Counted from the first letter of the stretch, positions 1-9,412 are shown. The stretch: 64,000 nucleotides of DNA from Bulleidia sp. (GCA_045641845.1 JAZUHS010000240.1:8136-72135); one strand, 5' to 3'. Made by a program: numbers and translations. Notes: a model not told the origin generated them from the sequence alone.

Positions 1-147
1 GCCTTTGAGAGCGGGTGTCCAGATGTAGTCGTCTGCTTCAAGAATTCCCTGATGAATCAGTGCTGCGAGTTCATGATCGCTGTAGGGACCATATTTGGAA
101 TGGTCAGCTCTGCGCATGTAATACCATACTTTTTCCATTGTTTCACC
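1..147 (-). CDS. GYF_2 (DUF4339)-domain protein, partial (runs off the window start)
   Basis: Not in the ORF track. Translated by hand from a GTG at 147: MKQWKKVWYYMRRADHSKYGPYSDHELAALIHQGILEADDYIWTPALKG, matching the GYF_2 pattern WYY..GP.S..EL..L...G.....YIW. Starts 6 nt after the upstream stop. Confidence 0.7.
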
Positions 148-153
148 GATCCT

Positions 154-2307
154 TTACTGGCCATCCGAACCATCTGTTTTGAGAGGCTGGACGCCGATAT
201 TGATGAAGCCTTCGTTCATCTGGTTAGGAATTTCGAAGATGTTTGCTTCAGGGTTTTCGAGAATGTAGCCGGCAGGCATGTAAGGTGTGATGTCATACTT
301 GCCTTCGATGATTGTGACGCTCTTGCGGGAGTCAGGCACTTCTTCACCATTGACTCTGAAGACGAAGATGACGTCATATTCCACCTTCTGCTTTGTGTAG
401 GTGAGCTGTGTCTTGGAGGCATCGCCTTCCTTGTATGCGGAGCTTTCGCTGCATGCCTTGACAGAGATGTTATGTGTGGAACCGTCGGATACGTTTGTTC
501 CTTCCAGAGCAATTGTGATCTTGTTTGTCAGTGTTGTCTGTTCTGCACCGCCGTCGAGTGTAACGATATAGTAGTCGGCGTGTTCTACTTCATCCCAAAG
601 CAGTACCCATGTGTATCCATTGCCCATTTCGCCATGAATGTTGGAGACAGGGCCGAGCTTTTCAGATACGGACTTGTACTGGTACTTATACTTGGCAGCT
701 TCACTTTCAGCATACTTCTTATCGTCGTCAGAGTGAGCTACGACTGTGATGGTGTATTCCTTGTCATCTTCCAGAGCGGAGACGGCAATGCTTGTCTGGT
801 TGTTATCAACCTTAGCTTTTGTTTCAGGATCTGTATCAACTGTGACTTCATAATAGTCAGCGTGTTCTACAGAATCCCACTTGATGACAACATTTACGGT
901 TGTTGCGGATACCTGAATGTTCTTAGGTACGGAGAGCTTTTCTGCTTCTTCGTCTTCTTCGCCCTTAGCTGTTTCTACATACTGACCATAGGAGTTATCA
1001 CCGGCACCATACATCTTTTCGTTGCCGTTGATAGCAATGATTGTATTGCCGCTGGCGGCGATGTAACGGATGTTGGACCACTTGGAGACTTTCTTCTGCA
1101 TTTCTTCATCAGCGATGGAGCATGCGAGAGTGTGATCGGACTTCAGACCGATGGCAATGTTATTGCCGCAGGCCGCGGAGTCGATGTTAGTCCATGCAGT
1201 TGTATTGATTTCAGAGCCATATGCGAGGGCTGTGCCATCCTTCTTGACGATGATGACGGAGCCTTTGCCAAAGGCTACACTCGCAACATCAGACTGGTTT
1301 GCGGCAGAGGGATCAATATTGCCGCAGGATTCCATAGTACCGTCCTTTTTGATACCTACGGTTACAGCGTTGCCGGCATAGACAGCTGTGATGTCTTTCC
1401 ATGCGGAGACTTCGCAGGCATTATCGTCACCTGTGCATACGACTGTACCATCTGATTTCAGACCGACAGAGTGGTTTGCACCGGCTGCGATCATTGTGAT
1501 ATCTTCCCATTGGTCTACTTCGTGATCGGCATTGCTTGAGACAACTGTGCCATCCTTCTTCAGACCGAGGGCATGGTCATCATATGCACTGACCTGAACG
1601 ACGCCATCGAAGGATTCTTTCGGGTGGAAAGAGCCTTTTTCTTCAAGACGACCGTTGCGGTCAATAAACAGAGAATATGTATCACCGAGGGCAAGTCTAT
1701 TCACAGAACTGAGTGAGTTGATTTCCTTGCTTGAGCCTCTGCCAAATACCAGAAGCAGTATAGCGGCGATAACAGCGATGGCTGCGACGATACCGGCGAT
1801 GATATATGTCTTTTTCTTCTTCTGTTCTTCCTGCTGTCTTCTTTTTTCAGCGAGCCTTCTGCGACGGGCAGCAGCTTTGCGTTCTGCTTCCTCTTCTTCA
1901 GCTCTCTGGGTATCAATTGCAGTTGTATCAACAATCTCATTGACGCGTGTTGCTTCGAAGCTGATTGTATCTGTAATTCTTTCTGTGTTTGCTGACTGTA
2001 CTGCAGTCATCTGTACGGTTGCTTCCTGGTCTTCTGTAACGGATGTCATATCCGGAAGATAAGGAATGTTCACATTGTTTACAGCAGGTTCCTTGAAGAC
2101 GATATTCTTTGTGTTGTCGACAAGGTCATCTACAGTGATGTGATATATTTCTGCCAGTGCGACCAGCTGCTGAACATTGCAGATTGCATTGCCGTTTTCC
2201 CAGTTCATGTACTCGTTAACGGGAACCTGCAGGCGCTGAGCCAGATCACCCTGTGCGTAACCGAACTGCTTACGGAGTGCTGTCAGTTTTTCAGGGAGTC
2301 TATTCAT
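154..2307 (-). CDS. Membrane-anchored XRE-HTH protein with extracellular RCC1/BLIP-II-like repeats and two FN3-like domains
   Basis: N-terminal XRE HTH (LTALRKQFGYAQGDLAQRL..YMNWENG), charged coiled coil, one TM helix (YIIAGIVAAIAVIAAILLLVFG), repeated H/S-x-GLKxDGTV motifs, then two FN3-like units (WDSVEHADYYEV; WDEVEHADYYIV). Confidence 0.8.
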   Translation of the reverse strand: MNRLPEKLTALRKQFGYAQGDLAQRLQVPVNEYMNWENGNAICNVQQLVALAEIYHITVDDLVDNTKNIVFKEPAVNNVNIPYLPDMTSVTEDQEATVQMTAVQSANTERITDTISFEATRVNEIVDTTAIDTQRAEEEEAERKAAARRRRLAEKRRQQEEQKKKKTYIIAGIVAAIAVIAAILLLVFGRGSSKEINSLSSVNRLALGDTYSLFIDRNGRLEEKGSFHPKESFDGVVQVSAYDDHALGLKKDGTVVSSNADHEVDQWEDITMIAAGANHSVGLKSDGTVVCTGDDNACEVSAWKDITAVYAGNAVTVGIKKDGTMESCGNIDPSAANQSDVASVAFGKGSVIIVKKDGTALAYGSEINTTAWTNIDSAACGNNIAIGLKSDHTLACSIADEEMQKKVSKWSNIRYIAASGNTIIAINGNEKMYGAGDNSYGQYVETAKGEEDEEAEKLSVPKNIQVSATTVNVVIKWDSVEHADYYEVTVDTDPETKAKVDNNQTSIAVSALEDDKEYTITVVAHSDDDKKYAESEAAKYKYQYKSVSEKLGPVSNIHGEMGNGYTWVLLWDEVEHADYYIVTLDGGAEQTTLTNKITIALEGTNVSDGSTHNISVKACSESSAYKEGDASKTQLTYTKQKVEYDVIFVFRVNGEEVPDSRKSVTIIEGKYDITPYMPAGYILENPEANIFEIPNQMNEGFINIGVQPLKTDGSDGQ

Positions 2308-2357
2308 AATTACACCTCCACCTCAACTAAATATTTTATAAGCAAGAGTGATACTTT

Positions 2358-2747
2358 TCAATCATGGTCCCCTTGGGGTTCATCGTCAAATTCCTTAATC
2401 ATGAGATTCAGGTGATGATTGAGCCAGTCTGCGACGAGATGACGATGACAGAACTCATCTTTCTCTTCATAGCAGAGAAGTGCACAGTCTTTTCCTTCTG
2501 CAAGTTCATTGATCTTAGTGTAGATGTCGGCAGGATCAAGATGTGCAAGAATCTCTGCTGTGAAGCGTCTGGTATAGAGTTCTGTGTCATGTCCTTCCTG
2601 GTATTGATGAAGGATGTCATAAGTTGGTGCGGGTTCGTGAAGCCATTTGCCGGTGTAATCCGGAGGGATTTCCAGACATATGGCAATAGGTACCAGTTTA
2701 TCTTTCAGCAAAGGAATGCTGTTGAAATTTGATGTGTATATCTGCAT
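2358..2747 (-). CDS. DUF488-family protein
   Basis: IYTSNF start and ALLCYE...FCHRHLVADWL motif typical of DUF488. Confidence 0.75.
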   Translation of the reverse strand: MQIYTSNFNSIPLLKDKLVPIAICLEIPPDYTGKWLHEPAPTYDILHQYQEGHDTELYTRRFTAEILAHLDPADIYTKINELAEGKDCALLCYEEKDEFCHRHLVADWLNHHLNLMIKEFDDEPQGDHD

Positions 2748-2843
2748 TGTTTTGTCCTCAATATCATCATACAGCGATTCTATGCAGTGATGTTCTTTTT
2801 CCTGTGCATGCCATATGCAAAGGAAAAAAGCGGGTTGTCCCGC

Positions 2844-3767
2844 TTAGCGAATGAATAAGGATACAACAAGAGGAATGGTCAGAACACTGAGGAGTGTGGT
2901 GACGACAATGTTCTTTGTGACGGTATCCTTGCTTGCGTTGTACTGGGTTGCCAGCATCAGTACCATGCTTGCGACGGGCATGCCGTTGGTGATGATGGCG
3001 ATGGAAGAGAAATAGGAGTCAAGGTTAAGCAGGCGGCATACGATGGCTGTAATTGCCGGGATCAGAAGCAGGCGTACGGCGGCGAACATGTAGCTGGGCC
3101 AGTCTCCGAAACAGTGTCTGAGCGGGTACATAGCCAGGGATGAACCGATCATCATCATGGATAAAGGACTGGTGACTGAGCCTACCATTTCGATTGTTGA
3201 GCCAAGAACAGAGGGCAGATGGATTTCAAACATGAAGATTACAACTGCAACCAGGCTCATGATGAAGCCGGGTGTCATCAGCTGCTTGGGGTTGAATCCT
3301 GTCGCTTTGGAGCCGGAGGCGTTGAGGCAGATGACGCCATAGGAGTATACAAAGATATTGAAAGCCATGTGCAGCATGGCTGCGTAGAAGATCGCTTCGT
3401 TGCCAAGGACACTCTGTACGACGGGGTAGCCCATGAAGGCGGTGTTGGCAAAGACGCACATGCATTCATATACAGGTCTGTCACCATCCGGTAAGGGAAG
3501 GATTCTGGTAACGATTTTACCGACAACGATGAAGCCGATGTACATCAGAAAGCCGGCACCGATGAGGGCGAGGACAAAACTTCTGTTGTCTGTCTGAATC
3601 GTGCTTACACTGGCGATCACCATCAGCGGGCTGGTGAGGTTTACGATGAGGGATGAGATTTTCTTGTTTACATATTCGTCAAACACGCCGAACTTGTTCA
3701 GGGCATAACCCATGCAGAGGATGATGAACAGTTTCAGCATGGTCTGAAAGACAACCATAATATCCAT
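2844..3767 (-). CDS. AEC (auxin efflux carrier) family transporter
   Basis: About 10 TM helices, FANTAFMGYP and MPVAS motifs; followed by terminator hairpin AAGCGGG-ACAA-CCCGCTT + T tract. Confidence 0.9.
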   Translation of the reverse strand: MDIMVVFQTMLKLFIILCMGYALNKFGVFDEYVNKKISSLIVNLTSPLMVIASVSTIQTDNRSFVLALIGAGFLMYIGFIVVGKIVTRILPLPDGDRPVYECMCVFANTAFMGYPVVQSVLGNEAIFYAAMLHMAFNIFVYSYGVICLNASGSKATGFNPKQLMTPGFIMSLVAVVIFMFEIHLPSVLGSTIEMVGSVTSPLSMMMIGSSLAMYPLRHCFGDWPSYMFAAVRLLLIPAITAIVCRLLNLDSYFSSIAIITNGMPVASMVLMLATQYNASKDTVTKNIVVTTLLSVLTIPLVVSLFIR

Positions 3768-3859
3768 AAGTGTGCTCCTTTTTTGTGCTTCCCTATTTTA
3801 GGAGCGCAATTGAAAGTGTTCAATAAAAAACATCTGCATTATACAGATGTTTACGTGTT

Positions 3860-4183
3860 TCAGCAGGAACCGTTGCAACAGCCGCCTTCTTCAGCGGGTG
3901 CGGGTGTTTCTGTTTCCTGATCGATGATGTTTTCGATGTCAGAAAGAACCTTTTCAACATCCAGTGTGAGTGTTCCGTCTGCCAGTTCAATTACCGGGAG
4001 TCCGACTCTGCCCTGTTCCTTGATTTCATCGAACATGGGATTTGTATCTCTCATCTTCAGGAATGCTCTGAGGTTGGGAATGTTTTCTGTGATTTCTACG
4101 AATTCGTAGGGAATGTTCTTTGCGTCGAGTACTGCTTTCAGTTCATTGCAGCCGCGGCAGATTTTGGAGCCATAGATTTTCAT
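3860..4183 (-). CDS. Glutaredoxin-like protein
   Basis: IYGSKICRGC CxxC motif, VGLPVI cis-Pro motif, Cys-rich tail CCNGSC. Confidence 0.8.
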   Translation of the reverse strand: MKIYGSKICRGCNELKAVLDAKNIPYEFVEITENIPNLRAFLKMRDTNPMFDEIKEQGRVGLPVIELADGTLTLDVEKVLSDIENIIDQETETPAPAEEGGCCNGSC

Positions 4184-4249
4184 ATTGATGTTCCTCTCTT
4201 TTGCTCTTTTATTATACAGGTCATTCTCTGTAATACATGTGTATGCACC

Positions 4250-4286
4250 TAAAAAAAGGATTCGGCATTATCTGCAGAATCCTTTA
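4250..4286 (-). terminator. Intrinsic terminator closing the 4290-4740 intergenic unit
   Basis: Minus strand AAAGGATTC-tgcagataatgcc-GAATCCTTTTTTT. Confidence 0.7.
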
Positions 4287-4653
4287 TTCGTGTTCTTTTT
4301 TTCCTGGTGAAATATGATTTCATTCTTCTCAGTTTTCACTGAGTATTATCAGATTCGGTTTTTTATGTAAGATTGTCCATTGGTCTGATCTCATGCAGAC
4401 TTGTACTTTCTTTATCAGTTTATGTTTGCGAAGATTTCTGCATTATCTCCGTGTGAGTGATCATTTACAGTCAGCTGTTTCTGATCAGTTCACTTAGCTT
4501 TGCAGAATGCACCGTTAGGGATTGTTTCTCCTGTTAGGCCGGATGTCTACGTTCCCTTCTTATTCTGCTTCAGAAGAGAACGGCGCGGAAATAATTTGTC
4601 TTTTCATGATTCTCTTCCTCTCTTTCAGTTTGATCTTCTTTGAGAAGATCGGC

Positions 4654-4683
4654 TTACCTGTAATTGAGCAGTACCTTCTTCAT
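4654..4683 (-). CDS. Putative micropeptide MKKVLLNYR
   Basis: Near-perfect Shine-Dalgarno AAAGGAGGT 7 nt upstream of ATG; only 9 codons. Confidence 0.4.
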   Translation of the reverse strand: MKKVLLNYR

Positions 4684-4795
4684 AGAGCTTACCTCCTTTG
4701 TTTAAGGTGTATCTCTTTGTACTTTCAATATACTGGATTTCCTGTTTCGTAACAGTCTATCTTTGAAAAATTATTTATTCTATAATTAACTTGTT

Positions 4796-4829
4796 AGGGG
4801 CCTGATTCGCAAGAACCGGGCCCCTTTTG
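4796..4829 (-). terminator. Terminator-like hairpin after the S9 peptidase gene
   Basis: GGGGCC-cggttcttgcgaatca-GGCCCC inverted repeat just after the stop codon. Confidence 0.6.
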
Positions 4830-4836
4830 TTATTGA

Positions 4837-6786
4837 TCAGTTATTATCGAGATGAGAATTCATCCAGTTGAGTGTTTCTGTGAAGGAACGTTCACGATGT
4901 GAAGGCTTACCGATGTTGTTCAGACCATGGGAATCGCCTTCGAATGTGACAACGCGTGTTTCGCAGCCATGATCCATCAGAGATGTAACCATCTGCAGGC
5001 CATCGGAGAGGTGGCAGCGGAAGTCATCGAGAGGCTGAATGAACAGTGTCGGTGTGACGCAGTTGTTTGCGTATGCCAGCGGGGAGCACTTCCAGTATGT
5101 TTCAATTTCATCCCAGGGAGAGCCACCCATGAGTTCCTTAACGTAGAGACGGGAGATGTCAGATACACCGTACATGGATACCCAGTTAACAACTGAGCAC
5201 TGGGAGCTTGCAGCGTGGAAACGGTTTGTGTGACCGATGATCCAGTTTGTCATGAAGCCGCCATAGGATACACCTGTGACGCCCATGCGTTCTGTATCGA
5301 TTGAAGGATACTTTTCGAGAACTGCGTCTGTGAAGGCCATGATGTCTTCATAGTCGGGGCCACCTGTCATTCTGCGGATTTCAGCGAAGTCGTTGCCTCT
5401 GCCATCGGAACCCTGAGGGTTGCAATAGAAGACAAAGTAACCCTGAGATGCCCACAGCTGAATGACATGCTGGTAGATAGGATAGAATACACCCTTAGGA
5501 CCGCCGTGGATATAGAGGATTGCCGGATACTTCTTAGCGGGGTCGTAATCGAAAGGCTTGGAGATGTAGCCGTCGATTTCCCATCCTCTGCGTGTGATTG
5601 TCATAGGTTCAGCTTCTGCGACATAGTAATCCTTGAGGAGATCATCATTGAAGTTACTGATCTGCACTGCCTTGCCGTCTACAACTGCATATACTTCATT
5701 GAGGTGCAGTTCATGGAGACCAGTGAATACGAGTGTACCGTTCTGTTCGTCAAAGCTTGTGATGGATCCGTTCCAATCGAATACAGGCTTGATACCTTCA
5801 TCGTTGAAGGAGAATACTGTGTTGCTGTATCTCTGCATGCTGTTAAACAGGAATGCTTCGGGTGTGTTGACGATTGCGCCGAAGGAGTAGTCACCTTCGC
5901 AGATGAGTGTCAGTTCACCTGTTTCTGTATTTACTTCAAAGAAGTCAGGGTGTGTGCTTCCTCCGTACTTGGATGCGTCTGCAGCCATGAATACGAGCTT
6001 ACCGTTATATGCAGCAACTGCCTGTCTGCTGTTGTCATACTTAGTGTTCTTTACGACTGTGCAGATTTCCTTTGTTTTTGTGTTGAAGCACATTACATCC
6101 TTATACAGGGGATTTGTCTGGCTGTATTCATAGCCGGAGTAATATACGTTATCACCGATCACTGCTGTGCTCTGTACTTCGAATAAAGCGGAGCTTGCAG
6201 GTGTGATTGTGTCTGTTTCTTCTTCATAGAGGAAGAGACGGTTTCTCATCTTGTTCTGGAAACCGGGCATGCCGTTGAGCCAGAAGGGTGTTTCGTCAAT
6301 GACATTGAAGTCCTTGTTCTTCTTGCGGTCATCTGCGACAGCTTTCTTTTCTTCTGCTGTCATCTTGTAGTAGTCAGCGACTGTTGCATCACAGAATGCT
6401 GTAATGAGGTATACACCTTCACCGAGCTTCTGGACATTGCGAGCCTTTACCGGAACCTTGAATGCCTTCTGTGCTTCACCGCCGTTAAGGGATACACGAT
6501 AGAATACTGTGAAGTCTTCTTCAGCAGCCTTCTTCTTGTCTGTTTCATCGCGCAGAGCAGGGAAGAGCAGTGTGTTGTTATCATCAAAAATAAATGAGTT
6601 TTCTTTGCCAAGGCCTGTGAAGGGTTTGAATTCTTCGCCATCCTTTACCCAGATTTTGTAGTTATAGCCGTCTTCGTCATTATTTACGGTCTGTACAGTG
6701 ACAGCGATCTTTGTTCCATCAGGAGATACTTTTACTGTCTGAGGGATACGATACTGTCTGAATAATTCTAAAGTTACCTTTTCCAT
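4837..6786 (-). CDS. S9 family peptidase (acylaminoacyl/dipeptidyl peptidase-like)
   Basis: Beta-propeller N-terminus, IHGGP, catalytic GVSYGG, D-x-R and H (GDSHGL) of the alpha/beta hydrolase triad. Confidence 0.92.
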   Translation of the reverse strand: MEKVTLELFRQYRIPQTVKVSPDGTKIAVTVQTVNNDEDGYNYKIWVKDGEEFKPFTGLGKENSFIFDDNNTLLFPALRDETDKKKAAEEDFTVFYRVSLNGGEAQKAFKVPVKARNVQKLGEGVYLITAFCDATVADYYKMTAEEKKAVADDRKKNKDFNVIDETPFWLNGMPGFQNKMRNRLFLYEEETDTITPASSALFEVQSTAVIGDNVYYSGYEYSQTNPLYKDVMCFNTKTKEICTVVKNTKYDNSRQAVAAYNGKLVFMAADASKYGGSTHPDFFEVNTETGELTLICEGDYSFGAIVNTPEAFLFNSMQRYSNTVFSFNDEGIKPVFDWNGSITSFDEQNGTLVFTGLHELHLNEVYAVVDGKAVQISNFNDDLLKDYYVAEAEPMTITRRGWEIDGYISKPFDYDPAKKYPAILYIHGGPKGVFYPIYQHVIQLWASQGYFVFYCNPQGSDGRGNDFAEIRRMTGGPDYEDIMAFTDAVLEKYPSIDTERMGVTGVSYGGFMTNWIIGHTNRFHAASSQCSVVNWVSMYGVSDISRLYVKELMGGSPWDEIETYWKCSPLAYANNCVTPTLFIQPLDDFRCHLSDGLQMVTSLMDHGCETRVVTFEGDSHGLNNIGKPSHRERSFTETLNWMNSHLDNN

Positions 6787-6962
6787 TTTCAGAATCCTCC
6801 GTTGTTCCTATTGTACACAAAGGGATAATTGATCGCTTTCTGATTGCTCATGAATAAGGGTTATTTCCGTGCTGTTTTACGCATTTTTCTGTAAATAGAC
6901 ATGGTTCTTTACATTCAAAAAGACAGATCCGTCAGGACCTGCCTTGTGAGAAAGAGATTGGA

Positions 6963-9122
6963 TTACTTCATCAGAGAAGCAACTTCGTTCATGTTTGTGA
7001 TTTCTTCGTTGACTGCTGTCTGATAGAAAGCAAGCTGAGCGTCGTGTGCACCCTTGTAGATTGCGATTTCTTCTGTGAAGTCAGGATTTTCTTCTTCTGC
7101 CTTAGCAAGCATGCCAAGTGTTGCCTGATATGTATCTGCCAGGTAGAATCCCTTATCTGTACCCCACCACTTATTTCCTTCTGTGGATGCATCAACATGC
7201 TTTTCGATGTTCTTGACTGCTTCCGGAGAGAAGATGTAGTAGTTGTATTCAACAATACCGTTGATTGCATATGCTGTATCAAGAGCTGTTTCAATGTCGC
7301 CTTCTTCAAGAGCTGCTGTAACAGCATCAATCAGATAGAGGTTTTCGAGATAGCCCATATGACGTGTTACGATATCACTGGAGAAGATAATGGAGATAAA
7401 GTTGTCCTGGATTGCCTTGAAGACAGAGAGAATCTCCTTATTCAGTCCTGTACCTTCAGCACGGATTGCATCCTTTTCTTCAGCAGATGCGGAAGCATAG
7501 CGTGCGTTGATATCTGCAGCCTTTGCATTCAGTGCTTCAGCAGCTGCCATCAGGTTTTCAGCAGCGGCATTCCAGGCATCAACATCTACACCGTCATTCA
7601 TAGCTGCATATTCAGCATCGAATGTTTCCATCAGGTCATAGACTGTTGCTGTCAGGTCGAGCATCATTGCGGGGTTCTGGTCAATTGCAATTGCGATGGA
7701 GCCGAAGACACCGATGTTAGCCTTCATAACCTTTTCGCAGTATGTATCAGCGTTATCGCTTTCTGTGTGATAGTGAAGCTGTGTCCAGCCATATTCATCT
7801 TCGGAACGGTTGCCTGCGCATGTATCTGTTACGTTAATGAAGTAAGGCACACCATGATGTCTGTAGGAGACGCCGTCTTCCATTGTTGTAGTGTCGAATG
7901 TTGCATCTGTTACGCCGTTAGCATATTCAGAAGCTGCGTAATCAAGAAGACCTTCTTCAACAAGTGTACCTACGAGTGTTGCGTATTCTGGTACGCAGCT
8001 GACTGCAAATGTGTCACCGCCGTCATCGAATGCGCATAATTCATAGTTAAACAGAGCAAGTGTCTTTTCCGCCCATTCAGGATGAGCTGTGTCGATCATT
8101 TCCCAGGCACCGCGTGTCCAGTCGAATTCTGTACCTGTGGAGCCCCATTCTTCTGCGCCGTGTGCTACAACCAGGACATCGTTTTCAGGTGTGTAGCCGC
8201 TGTCGATCATTGCCTTAGCCATGGACATTGCTGTTGCGATGGCAGAGCAGTCATCCTGGAAGCCTGTGAAGTACATGTCATAGTGACCTGCGAAGATCAT
8301 CTGCTGAGCAGAGCTCTTGCCCTTGATCTTACCTACGACGTTATAGGATGTGCCTCCATTAGGAACCATGACACTGTCAACTTTGAGTGTGCACATGTTA
8401 TGGCCAGCTTCCAGTTCAGCTGCGAGTGCTTCGTATTCATTTGCTGTGATGATGACTGTAGGCATTAAATCTTCGCAGCAGATATCCTGAATCTGATGGT
8501 CATCACTGGAGAAACGGCCATAGCCATCCATGTCATATGTGACGAGTGCTGCAGCACCGTGCTCATTTGCTTCATAGATGTATCCGTCGATCCAGGATTC
8601 GTTCCACTGGTCTACGCCGACCAGAACGATCTTGCCTTCAACGTCTACATCTTCGTAGTCATATACGAAACCTGTACCAAGGTCTACGATTTCAGCTGTA
8701 ATACCATTTTCATCTGTACCGTTGCACATATAGGATACAGGGGTCAGTGTAAGGTCAGAGTCAGCGATTGTGAGTTCTGCGCCATTGAACTGCCACTTAT
8801 CTACTGTGACAGGAACCTTTTCTACCTCAACCAGGCCAATCTTCTTCATTTCTTCGGCAATGAAGTCAGCGGCCTTGTGTTCTGCATCAGAACCGGATGT
8901 GCGGAAACCAAGTTCATTTTCATGCATGCTCGGATCTGTGGAGAGTGTGTAGGTAAGGTTGTATGCATATTCCATATCGATTGCGTCGACATATGCTTTA
9001 ACCATTTCCTGAATGCCTGTTTCTTCAGTTTCAGGTGTTGCGGAAACAGGTGTGGAAGAAGCGGGTTTTGTGCAGCCTGCAGCGAGCAGCACAGCGAGTG
9101 TAAGAGTTGTGATCTTCTTCAT
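6963..9122 (-). CDS. Lipoprotein M28-family metallopeptidase with PA domain
   Basis: Lipobox LAAG/C; PA domain (DVEGKIVLV); Zn ligands GHYD, QDDCS, AEEWG, ELC, HYHTESD. Confidence 0.85.
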   Translation of the reverse strand: MKKITTLTLAVLLAAGCTKPASSTPVSATPETEETGIQEMVKAYVDAIDMEYAYNLTYTLSTDPSMHENELGFRTSGSDAEHKAADFIAEEMKKIGLVEVEKVPVTVDKWQFNGAELTIADSDLTLTPVSYMCNGTDENGITAEIVDLGTGFVYDYEDVDVEGKIVLVGVDQWNESWIDGYIYEANEHGAAALVTYDMDGYGRFSSDDHQIQDICCEDLMPTVIITANEYEALAAELEAGHNMCTLKVDSVMVPNGGTSYNVVGKIKGKSSAQQMIFAGHYDMYFTGFQDDCSAIATAMSMAKAMIDSGYTPENDVLVVAHGAEEWGSTGTEFDWTRGAWEMIDTAHPEWAEKTLALFNYELCAFDDGGDTFAVSCVPEYATLVGTLVEEGLLDYAASEYANGVTDATFDTTTMEDGVSYRHHGVPYFINVTDTCAGNRSEDEYGWTQLHYHTESDNADTYCEKVMKANIGVFGSIAIAIDQNPAMMLDLTATVYDLMETFDAEYAAMNDGVDVDAWNAAAENLMAAAEALNAKAADINARYASASAEEKDAIRAEGTGLNKEILSVFKAIQDNFISIIFSSDIVTRHMGYLENLYLIDAVTAALEEGDIETALDTAYAINGIVEYNYYIFSPEAVKNIEKHVDASTEGNKWWGTDKGFYLADTYQATLGMLAKAEEENPDFTEEIAIYKGAHDAQLAFYQTAVNEEITNMNEVASLMK

Positions 9123-9142
9123 GTTATTTTCCCCTTTCGTTT

Positions 9143-9170
9143 AAAAAGACGGGTACGCTGTATACCCGTC
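9143..9170 (-). terminator. Attenuator-type terminator immediately upstream of the M28 peptidase RBS
   Basis: Minus strand GACGGGTA-tacagcg-TACCCGTC-TTTTT, about 20 nt before the ATG. Confidence 0.8.
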
Positions 9171-9407
9171 CTGAATCATCCTATACAAGTTCATTCTGCT
9201 ACAGAAATCGCTTCTTATTGACCATTTCATAAAGGTATGATGCGTACTTTACAAAACTGAGCTTTTAACTCAGATCAATAAGGCAACAAGTGCCTTCCGT
9301 ATTCCCTAAATACGGTTCTTATCTCTTCGATAAGTTTCCGGCATTTGACCCGGCCGTCCGTGTAGCCTCGGCTTGATAAAGCGGTCATTTCTGTACTCTT
9401 TGTACGG
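9171..9407 (-). ncRNA. Orphan structured 5' leader, candidate riboswitch/attenuator of unknown class
   Basis: Lies between a consensus promoter and a terminator; 9-bp closing helix (9387-9395 with 9200-9208) enclosing five abutting hairpins; no T-box or other riboswitch consensus recognised. Confidence 0.6.
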
Positions 9408-9412
9408 CTATG

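Noticed and set aside
52-1455. 467-aa plus-strand ORF, and other long antisense ORFs (7044-8039, 27240-28514, 43689-44816, 54790-56301, 59916-61082)
   Set aside because: They are shadow frames exactly opposite well-supported genes, with Cys/Phe-rich non-protein-like composition and no RBS; codon bias of the real genes explains the lack of stops.
4522-4752. 76-aa plus-strand ORF in the intergenic unit
   Set aside because: TTG start without SD and no family similarity; all SD and terminator signals in the region point to the minus strand.
9270-9305. AATAAGGC-N7-GCC on the plus strand, resembling a Cas9 tracrRNA nexus
   Set aside because: No cas9/iscB gene, CRISPR array or anti-repeat nearby, and no correctly spaced plus-strand promoter; it is one hairpin of the minus-strand leader.
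9345-9385. Partial resemblance to the 3' end of the c-di-AMP (ydaO) riboswitch, and to ykkC or NiCo motifs
   Set aside because: The other essential conserved blocks are missing, and for ydaO the match is on the strand opposite the downstream gene.
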